From Lama glama (Eukaryota): a DNA stretch of 64,000 nt. Both the position numbers and the translations under genes were made by a program. Of this stretch, positions 52,720 to 64,000 are shown in pieces. The stretch is taken from the NCBI GenBank assembly GCA_028534125.1, contig CM052832.1, positions 21,702,001 through 21,766,000 on the forward strand, written 5' to 3'. The notes beneath the pieces were generated by a model. That model did not search any database. It was given only the letters and a program-made list of their open reading frames with translations, and was not told where the DNA came from. Position 1 is the stretch's first letter, and the number at the start of each line of letters is the position of its first letter.

Positions 52720-52942
52720 ATGGTTGCTGAATGCTTGCCAGACAGTAAACCATACATTTTATATTAACTGTTCCATTTATCCTCACAACAATATTGATAT
52801 ACGTATCATAATCTCTAACTTTGATACAGGAAATTGAGGCTGAAAGGGATTTAAAAACTTGCCCAAAGTTACGTAGATGGCCAAGTCAAAGATGTACTCA
52901 ATCTCATCTGAAATTCTTCATCACTGATTGTACACTACTTCT
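52720..52942 (-). mobile_element. MIR SINE
   Basis: 'catttatcctcacaacaa...aggaaattgaggctgaaagggatttaaaaacttgcccaaagttac'. Confidence 0.85.
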
Positions 52943-52983
52943 CTTAAGATACAATAACTTACTCTAGGTAAGAATACATGATT

Positions 52984-55900
52984 GTTCGGGAGAATTATGG
53001 GAAGATGGAAGAGTGGGAAGCTGCAGGATTCTGGCTCCCCACCTAGACAACAACTGCATTGGCATCACCTGTCTGGTGTAACTGTTGTGGAACTCTGGAG
53101 TTAGCTGAAGGCTAGCAACTTCTAGGAGAAGATCTGAATGGTAAACTGCCCAATAACAATGGAATAAACATGGGACATTTTCCAGAAAGACCACATTTCA
53201 GAACACAAATTAAGACTCTAGAGATTTTAAAAGATAAATATCATACAAAGCATCTTCTCTGACCACAAGAGAATGAAGTCAGAAATAAGTAACAAAAAGA
53301 AAATGGAAAATTCACAAAATTGTGGAAGTTAAACAACACACCTTTAAATAACCTATGAATCAAAGAAGAAATCACAAAAGAAATTGGAAAATATTTAGGG
53401 GTGAATGAAAACAAACACCACACACCAAAACTTAAGGGATGCAGACAAAGCAGTACTATGGGGAAATTTCAGAGCTAGCTGTAAACACTTAAATTAAAAA
53501 AGAAGAAAGATCTCATCAATACCCAACTTTACAATGTAAGTAAACAGAAAAAGAAGAATAAAATCAAAGCTGGCAGAGGAAGGAAATAAAGATTTGAGAA
53601 GAGATAAACAAATAGAGAATAGAAAAACAACAGAGAAAAAAATCAACAATACCAAAAGTTGGTTCTTCAAAAAGATCAATAAAATTGACAAAGCTTTAGC
53701 TAGATGGACTAAGAAAAAATGAAAGGAGACTTTAATTAGTATAATCAGAAATAAAGCTGGGACAGTACTACGAATTCTAAAGAAATAAAAAGAATTGTAA
53801 GAGTGCTATGAGCAATTGTTTACCAGCAAATTTTATTACCTAGTTGAAGTGGACAAACTCCTGGAAACAAACAAACAAACAAAACACCCAGACTAAATTA
53901 CAAAGAAATAGAAAATCTGACTACATCTTTACTAGTTACAGAGCTTGAATCAGTAATCAAAAAATCTCCCAACAAAGAAAAGCCCTGAACCTAATTACTT
54001 CACTGGTGAATTCTATCAAACATTCAGAGAATTAATACCAATCCCTCTCAAAAGTTTCCAAAAACCGAAGAGGAGGGAACATTTACTAATTCATTATCTG
54101 AGGGCAAAACTACCTTGATACTCAACCCAGACAAAGACACTGCAAGAAAAGGAAACCAGAGACCAATATCCCTTAGGAACATGGATGCAAAAATCCTCAA
54201 CAAACAAAATGCTAGCAAACAAAATTCAGCAGCATATTAAAAGAATATACACCATGACAACTGGTATTTGTTCCTGGAATGCAAGGGTGGTTCAACATAT
54301 GTAAACTGATCAATGTAATATAACATATCAACAGAATGAAAGAAAAAAAAATGATCTGAATTGATGCAGAAAAAGCATTTGACAAAATTCAACATCTTTT
54401 CATGATAAAAGCAATCAACAAACTATAAGTAAACTCAATATAATAAAAGACATAAATGAAAGACTCACAATGAACATTGTATGCAATGATAAACACTTGA
54501 AGCTTTCCCTCTAAGATCAGAAACAAGGCAAGGATGACAACTTTCACCTCTTCAAGTCAACATAATGTTTGAAGCTCTGGCCTGATAATTAGGCAAACAA
54601 AACAAAGGGCATAAAAATTAGGATAAAAAGTAAAATTATCTCTTTGCAGATGATTTCATTTATACTAGCATCAAAAGGAATAAAATACTTAGGAATTAAC
54701 TTAACCAAAGCATTGTGAGAGACTTATACAATGAAAACTACAAAACATTGCTGAAAAAACTGAAGACAACTGGGAACACACCCCATGTTCACAGATTGGA
54801 AGACATACTATTATCAAAATGTCAATACTACCCATAGTGATCTATTGATTCAATGGAATTCCTTTCAAAATTCCAGTAACATTTTTGTGCAGCAATAGAA
54901 AAACCTATCCTAAAATTCATATGGAATCTCAAGGGACCCCAAACAGCAAAAACAATCTTGAAAAAGAACAAAATAAAGAAACGAACAAACAAAAAAACTG
55001 GAGGACTCATACCTTCTGATTTCAAAACTTTCTACAAGGCTACATTAAAACAATTGATACTGACATAAACACAGACATAAAAACAAGTGGAATAAAATAA
55101 AGAGCCCCCAAATAAGTCCTCATAATATGGTCAAATGATTTTGACAAGGTACAAAAAACATTCAATGAAATGAGGACAATCTTTTCAACAAATGATGCTG
55201 GGAAAATTGGTTATCCATATGCAAAGAATGAAGTTGGATCCTTACCTACCACTCTCTGCAAAAACTAACTCAAAATGGATCAAGGATCTACATGTAAGAC
55301 CCAAAACAATAAAACTCTTAGGAAAAAACAAAGGACAAAAGATTCACAAGACTGGATTTGGCAATGGCCTTTTGGATATGACACCAAAGGCACAGACAAC
55401 ATAAGAAAACATAGACAACAACTTCAGAAAAAGTTTTTAATTTTTTGCCTCAAAAGGCACTATCAACAGAGTAAAAAAAAGGCAAACCACAGAACTGGAG
55501 ATAACATTTGTCAATTATACACCTGATAAGGGATAATACCTAGAATATATAAAGAACTCCAAAACTCAACAACAACAAAACAAACAATCCAATTCAAAAA
55601 TAAGCAAAGGACATGAATAGACATTTCTGCAAAGAAGATACACAAATGGCCAATAAGCACATGAAAAGATACTCAACACCACTAATCATTAGGGAAATAA
55701 AAGTCAAAACTCCAATGAGATACCACTTCACACCAATTAGGAGGGCTATTATCAAAAAAAAAAAAAAAAGAACAAGTGTTGGAGAACATGATCTGGAATC
55801 CTTGTGTAGTACTGGTAGGAATGTAAAATGGTACCCCAAATAGTATGACCTTTCCTCAGAAAATTGAAAGTATAATTACCATAAGATCCAGCAATTCCAC

Positions 55901-56448
55901 TTCTAGATATATGCCCAAAAGAATTGAAAGCAGGGTCTCGAAGTAATATTTGTATACTCATATTCATGCCAACAGCAGAATTATTTACAATAGCTAAAAT
56001 ATGGAATCAACTCAAGTGTCCACCGTTGGAAGACTGAATAAGCAAAATCAATGGAATATTATTCAGCCTTTATAAGGAAGGACATTCTGCAATACATGGA
56101 AAATGATTAAACTTTGAGGACTTTATGCTAAATGAAATAGGCCAGTCACAAAAAGACACTCATGATTCCACTTATCTGAAGTACCTGGAGTAGTCAAATT
56201 CATAGAGACAGAAAGTAAAATGGTTGATGCCAGGGGCTTGGGAGAGGGGAGAATTGAGGAGTTACTGCTTAATGGGTATAAAGTTTATGTTTTACAAGAT
56301 GAAAAGACTTAAGGGGATGGATGCTAGTGATGGTTGCACAACAATGTGAATGTTAATACCACAGAACTACACTTAAAAATGGTTAAGATGGTAAAAAGGT
56401 TCAGTTTCATGTTCCTTGTGCTTTACAATTTTTTAAAAAGTGGAAAAA
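52984..56448 (+). mobile_element. L1MB-like element retaining both termini and a TSD, with large internal deletion(s)
   Basis: 5'UTR-like start 'gggaagatggaagagtgggaagc...ctccccacctagacaacaactgca'. ORF2 remnants include RT 'tttgcagatgat' (FADD, about 54643) and ORF-track peptides at 55192 and 55613. L1MB-type 3'UTR 'agtagtcaaattcatagagacagaaagta...tacacttaaaaatggttaagatggtaaa'. TSD aatacatgatt at 52973-52983 and 56449-56459. Confidence 0.92.
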
Positions 56449-56524
56449 AATACATGATTATTTGTAGGCTTAATACTCAGTAGATTACAGTTTACTTTAA
56501 AAATAGGCATATATCTTAGTTATT

Positions 56525-56600
56525 TTGCTATTTCATCTGTACCTAACACAGTACCTTGCAGACTATTAGAATATCAGCAAATGCTCAAAGTTATTGGTGA
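56525..56600 (+). mobile_element. L2 3' terminal fragment
   Basis: 'tacctaacacagtaccttgcagactattagaatatcagcaaatg'. Confidence 0.5.
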
Positions 56601-58564
56601 TTTCATAATGAACCAAACCAGATGTCAAGTCAATGCTTTGTTACAGAGCCAGGAGCAGTGCTAAGCAGAAAAGGGGGCTGGCAATTATAATTCTATCTGC
56701 TTAGAAACAAATCCAGTCAGATACAACGAAGCAGGGAAAGGGAAGCCAGGAATGGAGAGGGACAGGGCGGTAACAAGGATCTTGCGAGGCAAAAGGATCT
56801 GCACTCTTGTCTTCAAGGTCAGGCAGCTGGGAACAGGAAACTAATGCTTGGAGACTCAAACTCTAAGTCTAGGGACCCCACACAGGATGTAAACACAATG
56901 CAGTGTGTACACCATACCAAACAGACTATCCAACAAGGGAAATCAAAGGGCCAGAGTATCCATCAAAGAACCAATGAGTTCATTTATCCATTTTCGATGT
57001 AACTGTACATTTTCCATCAGTAGTTCCCAGACCTTAAGAAGTCACAGAGCAATAAATTTAAAATACACACACCAAATAGGGTGCCAACTTTTTATCTTGC
57101 CAAGTAAAGACATGTTTTTTAAAAAGTTAAACTACTCTATGGTGTCATTATTTTATATATTTTTTAAAAATAGCCTATTTTAAAACCCGAATAGAAGGAA
57201 TGTCATGTTGAAGGATCACATGTAGCACCAGGAAGAACTCACCATATTTCCCTTGCATTTCTTATTCCACCAGGGCCCAGCAAAAATCTATCAAGGCCCA
57301 CTGAAACTATTGTTGCAAAATAATTCCATAACATCTGCCTAAGTTGCCTTACATTTCTACGATAATCTTTAGAACTGAAGATGTACAGGTAAAAACAGCA
57401 GGAAAGTGGCTTTAACTGAATTTTGGCCTAAAAAAGGAAACATGCCAAATGACACAAACATAGAAGAAACATAATTAATAAGTAACAGTAATAAGCCAGT
57501 TGGATTTTCAACAGGGTTCTATTTGTAGCTAGTGGTTTACTCCCTGGGAGACGAGGTGCCACACCCATAACAGTAACAACTGTTTTCTGAATGTGTTTAC
57601 CAAAATAGCACGATGGAAGATGATGAAATTCTGACAGCCATAAAGCACGTATTTTTCCAAGAATTTTCTTTTATTCCACCTACATTGTTATTTCTAGTTT
57701 TATAAAACAATGACAGCAGTACAAAAATTAAGGCTAAGCTATTACCTCATATACCTTTCAAAGACAGCAGTGGAAACAGCTGCAGCCCGCAAATAATACT
57801 TGCTAGTGCAGCAAAAATACCTGATTGGCCGGTAGAACTGGAGAATAAATGCAAAGTGACTGCTGCAGATTTGGATTGACTCATGCACCTCCCAGTGGCA
57901 AAAGAAGCAGGAGCTCGGATGGCAACTATTTATATCCTACCCTATAGGAGACTTTATTTACACAGTCTGTGTATAAATCACATATATATTATATATTATA
58001 TTTATGTTTCCGTATATATATAAATACAATTCTGCCTTTTAAATATTAATTCTGCCATGTTAGACATATTCCTAAAATACTATAAGGTCAAGAAAGCCGT
58101 AACAAATACCCTTTTAAAACTAATATAATCATGTAGATGTATATTTGTATATAAAGCACAAACATACAATCACACACACACACACACTTCCACTCCTAAA
58201 TATTCACTGTATCTTGGGAGTTTGTGATTTGGGTTTGATTTTTTTTTTTCTTTTTAAGTATAGATACCCGGCCCCCTTTCCAACCTTACTGAATCAAAAC
58301 CTTGCAAGAATGACATGTGCCCTGCAGAACCAAGGCACATGTATTTGTAAAAAGCAGTACTATTTTTATATGCCTGAGTGGAAGCCAAATTCACTGGAAG
58401 ATAATATTAGAAATAGCAACTGACTTCCTGTCAATTAAACTAAGGAAAACTGAAGCTTCACTTCCAAGTATTCTAAAGGAGAACATATGGGAAGTGATCA
58501 CTAGCAAAGATTTATTTAAGGGTTAATCTCCTCAAAGTGTGACTAACCACACACTAAATATACC

Positions 58565-58600
58565 AAAAAAAACAAAACAAACAAAACAAAACAAAAAACC
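58565..58600. repeat. (AAAAC)n simple repeat
   Basis: Direct inspection. Confidence 0.9.
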
Positions 58601-60289
58601 CCTGAATAATGGACCTCAAAGTGTATTAAATAGTAAAGGGGTCCCAGCAGCGAGGAGAGCGATTGTCTTTGCTTCCTCGGTGGCTCTGGAAGCTGACGTC
58701 TGCCGGGGTGAAATCTCGCAGGAAACACTGGGAGAAACTAATTCTATAACATATAAAAGGTACCACATTTTGGCGCCTGGGATAAAAGGTATTGTTCTAA
58801 AATGGGTCAAAACATCCTGGGAAAATTTTTAAGAAGTCTTATATCTCAACTGTCTTGAAACTAGAAAGCTAAATTCAGATAATTTTTCTAACCTGTGCAG
58901 GAAAATAAATTGTTTGGGTCAAATAATGGAGTGAGTAATTACATAATGAAGAGAAAGGAGGTGTTTTAAACCAAAATTGAAAAGTAATGCCTAAGCAATT
59001 ACCACCATTTTAATTTCAACAAAATCCTCCAAATTTGAGAGCTACAATTCTAATCAGCACTATAAAACTCTAGTAAGTAAAATCCACCTGCCTAACTCTC
59101 CCTTTTGAAGACCACTACCTAAATAAAGCAGGGCCAAGACAAAACTCTGCATATCAGAGATAAAAGGAGACAACTAGCAGGCCCTTAATGTGCATAAGGC
59201 CACTGGCCATGAAGCCACCACCCAAGCCTGAGAAGACAGATTTTCCCACTCAGGCTGCAGGCGCACAATGGTTTAGTGGACAGCAATCTACAGCATTCTC
59301 TTTCATTCATACTACATCTCTTTCTTTGACTGATAGTCAGAACCCCCTACTGATTCAGTAACAGCTCTTTTTCTTTCTTTTTTGGGACAAGGGAAAGGAG
59401 TGATAAAAGTTACCCTCATTAAATATAGAATTTAATCCTTTCTAAAGAACCATGCTGTTTTTAGAAAAATTAGGATGGAAGAGAAAAAAAAATCTGCCTC
59501 AAATGGGGGAAATATTTCAATTTAAGAACTCAGATGGGAGCACTAAATAAGAATGTTTGAGAGATGAGTCTTGTATCTGTTGAGAACTTCCTTCCCAAGA
59601 GATGGTGATATGCATGGGGTGTATAAGCCTGAAGAAGCCACCCTTTGACAGAGGCGAAAGTGAATTAAAAGAAATCTCTGACTCCCCAGTAGGGCTAGTC
59701 ATATAGGCATACACTAAGGTATGTAATGTTTTGTTTGAAAGAATCAACCAATGCAATATGGTAAGATTGTTTATCCAAATACTGTAGATCAGGTCAGGTA
59801 CCTGAGTGTCCACAACTCCCAAAGAGTACAAAACAAATGACAGGAAATGCTATTTATTAGTATTTCCCAGAGCAGATTCCTTACCTACCCTTAAATGTTC
59901 ATTTTGCCAGCTTTCAACAGATTCTACTGGAAAATTCTTTCTTGTATATCCAAATATCTCCTGTTCTATTTAACTTTTCTTTTCTAGATTAAATAGGGAA
60001 AATCGATTCATTTAAAATTTATCAAGATAAAAATCTTCCTAATTTGGCTCAGTAATTCCATTTCCAGGGGCTCTTATAGATTGCTGATGAGAGTGCAAAC
60101 TGGTCTAACTTTTCTGAAGGCAAATCTGCTAATATGTGTTAACGGCCTCACAGTTTTCCCCAATAACTCTATTTCTAATCTAATAAGCATTTTATTTTAA
60201 AATTGTTCAACTTGCATACATTTTATAAAGAAACAGTCTTTCAAGTACAGATTCTTAAAAATAAAACACTCGCTGGCATAAAAATAAAT

Positions 60290-60520
60290 AGTAAGCCAAT
60301 AGTTAATGCAAAGCTTACGTGTGCAAGGCCCTATTGTAAGCACTTGACATGTATTAAATCACTCTGAATCCTTACAGCAACCTGGTGAGGTCCATGTTTT
60401 TATTGCCCTTCTTTTACATATGAAGAAACTGAGGCAAAATGAGGCTAGGGAACTTATTACAGGCCACTAACGCGTGGTGAGGCTGGAATTTGAAACCAAA
60501 AAGCCCTGGGTCAAGCAGCT
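60290..60520 (-). mobile_element. MIR SINE
   Basis: 'gcttacgtgtgcaaggccctattgtaagcact...aatccttacagcaacc..gtgagg...ttttacatatgaagaaactgaggca...gctggaatttgaaacc'. Confidence 0.9.
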
Positions 60521-61519
60521 TCAGTGTAGAAAGTCGAAACTGGCTAGACTAAGACGCATGATGCCACTGATGTCCTGACATCCATGACTAAATATTATAT
60601 CCTAAGGCATCTAAATTCCACCATTATAAAAGAAAAATATTAAAAGCGACTAAAATATACATAACACATGGTAAACTCGCAAATAAACGTATTTACATTT
60701 TTGGATCTCTTAATTGCTGAGAAAATAAACAATTTTTTTTTGTCCCTTAAAGAAGGTAGCTTGTTAGCTACGAAAATGTTAACCTAGAGCAGCTGTAGAC
60801 CTTGTCAAGTCACTGCTCATCAGATGCATACAGATGGAATATTTACAACAGGAACAAGATCTATTTCTTTTCAGCTGTAAAGCCATTCAATTTGCTACAG
60901 AATAGCTGCAGTTTAAGCTGAGTTTCTAGATATGATTACCTTAGTGGTGCTGCCTTTTTCTTTTCAAGAGGAAATATTTTTATAATATGCAAATTTATTA
61001 CATTTGTCCTAAGCTAGTGATTGAAATTCAGCAAATCAAACAGCCTTTGAAACACAATCATCAGTTTGATTGACTTCAAGGCTTTTCTGTTCCCACTGCC
61101 ATTTCTTGAGGGCACCTGCAAACTAATGACAGTTACTCAACCAGTTCACCACCAAATAATGCAGGTGTGGCCTATCCAAGGGAGACAGACCCTCACAGGA
61201 CGAAAAGGGGCCAGAGTAGAAACCCATGGAGTCTCTTTTCAACACTCAGGAGAAGGAGGGAGAGGAAGAGAGTTCATTCAAAGGACACAAAACACTGTCC
61301 CCCAGTCTCCTTTGTGAGGCAGCCCTAGTGCAGGTTGTTAGAAGCTGTTTTTAACAGAAGAAAACTGAAGTTGAAAAGGGTTTACAGGACACAGACTCAT
61401 TAAAAGCCAGAACCATTGTTTGCATCCACCTCTTCTACCTATAAGAATACTCAAGGGGGTAGGGGGGGCTGTTTGATTGCCAAATAGTATAATTTTAATA
61501 AGTATATAAATAATCTTAA

Positions 61520-61870
61520 TAGAGTTATTGAGGTAAAACTAACATACAATATACTGCACGTATTTAAAATGTGTCATTTGTTAAGTATTGACCAAAAAAC
61601 ATCAACCCCAAAGATTTCTTGGGTCTCTCTGTCACCTTTCTGTCCAGTCCCTCCATCACCTCCCCACCCTAGTATCCAGCACCTGTTTTTTCTTTCACTA
61701 TAAATCAGTATTCATCATAAGTTAGTTTTGCAGAATTTTATGTAAATGAAACATGGAGTACGTACTCTTTTTGGTCTGACTTTTTCCATCCATGTCGTCA
61801 AATGTATCAAGAGTTCACTGCTTTTTATTACTGAGCACTATTCCATGGATTCCACACTTTGCCAGCTTTT
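61520..61870 (-). mobile_element. Old L1 (L1MD/ME-class) 3' end
   Basis: 'ttattgaggtaaaactaacatacaatatactgcacgtatttaaaatgt', 'agaattttatgtaaatgaaa..ggagtacgtactctttttggtctgactt', 'tttttattactgagcactattccat'. Confidence 0.8.
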
Positions 61871-64000
61871 TCCAGTTAGGCCATGAGTGAAGGGGGCCAA
61901 AGAGGGAGGCAGGAAGACCGAACAAGAAAGGATGGACTTGCTTTTCCTTATTTGCTTCCTGTCCCTGTTGGTGGCACATGCTTCTAATCCCAAGAGGGAG
62001 AGTTTGACGTCAGCACTCTTACCCAGTGGGCTCAGGCCTTCATGATCACGCCAACATTTACTAGGGCCGCTTCAAGCAGAAGAAACTTCAACAGTACAGA
62101 AGTTAAGAACGATGAAATGTGTTGCCTACTTTTTCCAGCCTAGATAACGATAACCTTAAGCTAAAAGCAGAAAGGGGAGAAAACAGATCTCTGACACAAG
62201 AGGCACTCTCTGCCTCTATACCCCAAAGAAGACAAAAGTCTGGTCATGTGGGTTCCACAGGCTTAAAACGAAAACCAAGCAAACAAAAAGCCAGGATCTG
62301 TAAGCCAGGCTCAGGTCTGTGAAAACAGGGGCTGAGAAGTTAGAGACTCCAGGGGAGATGGGACTGGAGCCTGGTGTGAAGACACCGAACCCCACCCCAC
62401 AGCGTCCTTTCCCAAGCACCTCCAGCTAATGGGCCTGCCCTCGCCTAACAAAGAAGACAACACGCTTCATTGTGAACATGTATCTGAAATGCAGCCTAAG
62501 GGCTAGGAGCAAACAGAGGCAAGACACGGCAGTGACCTTTAAATTCAGGTCCCAGCGCGTGGGTGGAGGCTTCATGCTCTAACAGGTTCAGAAAGAAGGA
62601 CCAGGCAAGGTGTCAGACTGTGGTTGCTGCAAATGGAACGGACCTTAGACCACCCTGAAAACCACTCCTCTGAGGCAACCTTCCTCTCAACACCACATCC
62701 ACTGTGGGGAGAGCCACCAGAAGCTGCCATTCCCAAATGGAGAGTCCTTCCCACAGGCCATCTCAGCTGTGCCACAGAAGACAAGGAAAAAGGAGGCAGT
62801 CTCAGGGGTAAAAACCACTTGCTGTCAAATACACTGACTAAGAAATTAGCTTCCTGCCGGCACAGGGAGTACTCACCATGCCCAGACTACGTAAGAGTGA
62901 CCAGTGTGCGTAGTTTTCCACTATGCTCCTTTAAAAATGGGATTTTTTTCCGTGGGAATCATCCCGCTCTTGCTCCAGCATTATAAAAAAGACACAGAGA
63001 AGTTATTCTTTGGCCTTAGGTTGCAAGACCATGAGAGGCTCCAGAAGACCTGAGAAAGAGAACCTGGTCTTGGAACTAGACGAGACTTTGAAATGTCCCA
63101 GTTTGGAGAGGAGGTGAGGCGGTTCAGCTGAAGGGCAAATTTTAGTTTAGAACATGTATAAGAAGAAGTTTGCGAGTGAAAAGGCTGAATTACAGGGCAC
63201 AAACACTGTTAAGATGCCGGCCCTGAAATTATCCCCACTTCCCTTCCTGAAAGAACACCGGTCTCGTTCAGGAATCAACTCTTCCCCCACATCATCCAGA
63301 AAGCTCAAGAGAAACCAGCTCGAGCATCAATCCTAGAGTAGGGCAAGATGAAAGAGAATTCTTTTTTCTTTTTTAATAAATGCTTAGTTTAGGAACTCAG
63401 AACTAAGGCAACCAGCACCTGGCACTCTTACGGAAACTAGAATTAACTCAGAAATGTGCAAGGATAAAATTCCTATCAATAAAATGCACCAAGGCTTTTG
63501 GGAAAATACTGCTTTGCTCTCAAAATACAGCCCCTTCCTTTCTGTGAAGTACAGGTTTGCACTCAAGACCATCTGATCCTGAGGCTAAAAAGCCAGAGGA
63601 AGGTTGCCAAGGAAATCACAGAAAAATGCAAGTGAAGCCACTGGTTTAAGGTGCATCTCTTAACTTTGGGTATGCAAGTCCTTATATTTCATTATCATTG
63701 GTTATTTATGATCTACAGTTGAAATAGATGAATGCAAATATATCCACCAAAATGCGTCGAAGAACCAACTAAATGGTGTTTGCCACAATAATTCTAAACC
63801 TTCCTTAACCTGAACAATTTTCTTTACATTTGAACGATTTCTGGGTGCCAATTTTGAGAAATGCCTTATACTGGGAGATATGAAGTTTACAAGATGGATA
63901 GCCCCTAGCTTCAAACCAGAAACAAATTATGGGTTAGACATAATTCGGCAGACTCTACAAAGATTACTTAGGGAATTTGTTAGGGTTCAGAATTTGGGGT

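Noticed and set aside
53165..55850. L1 ORF2 peptides as an active reverse transcriptase system
   Set aside because: Fragmented by many stops, frameshifts and deletions; a dead copy of a well-known family.
1..64000. CRISPR arrays, tRNA/rRNA/snRNA genes, NUMTs, processed pseudogenes, non-retroviral viral inserts
   Set aside because: No regularly spaced repeats and no recognisable RNA-gene, mitochondrial, mRNA-like or viral coding sequence seen by eye. An Infernal/Rfam and BLASTx scan would be needed to exclude them formally.

Overview
This is mammalian genomic DNA, AT-rich, with no CpG island and no protein-coding sequence I can recognise. It is most consistent with the inside of one very large intron, or a 5'UTR intron series, of a gene transcribed on the minus strand. 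The plus strand looks A-rich by eye, the best-preserved L1 copies are mostly plus-oriented, and the best splice-site pairs lie on minus. A large part is old interspersed repeat: L1 (M-class and younger artiodactyl-type 3' ends), L2, MIR, MLT LTRs and MER/hAT DNA transposons. I saw no lineage-specific SINE (Alu, B1, SINEC, PRE-1, Bov-tA, CHR). With the L1 3'-end style, this suggests a camelid (inference). The ORF track is explained by decayed L1 ORF2 pieces or chance. The most interesting non-repeat signals are all unverified and on the minus strand: a 6-nt microexon candidate (44758-44763), a 74-nt exon ending in ATG-TCA-G (37051-37124), recursive-splice-site-like AG|GTAAG junctions (best at 12973/12972), and a 237-nt frame-preserving candidate exon (4220-4456). 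I could not identify the host gene and found no convincing novel system. Repeat subfamily names come from recalled consensus sequences and boundaries are approximate.
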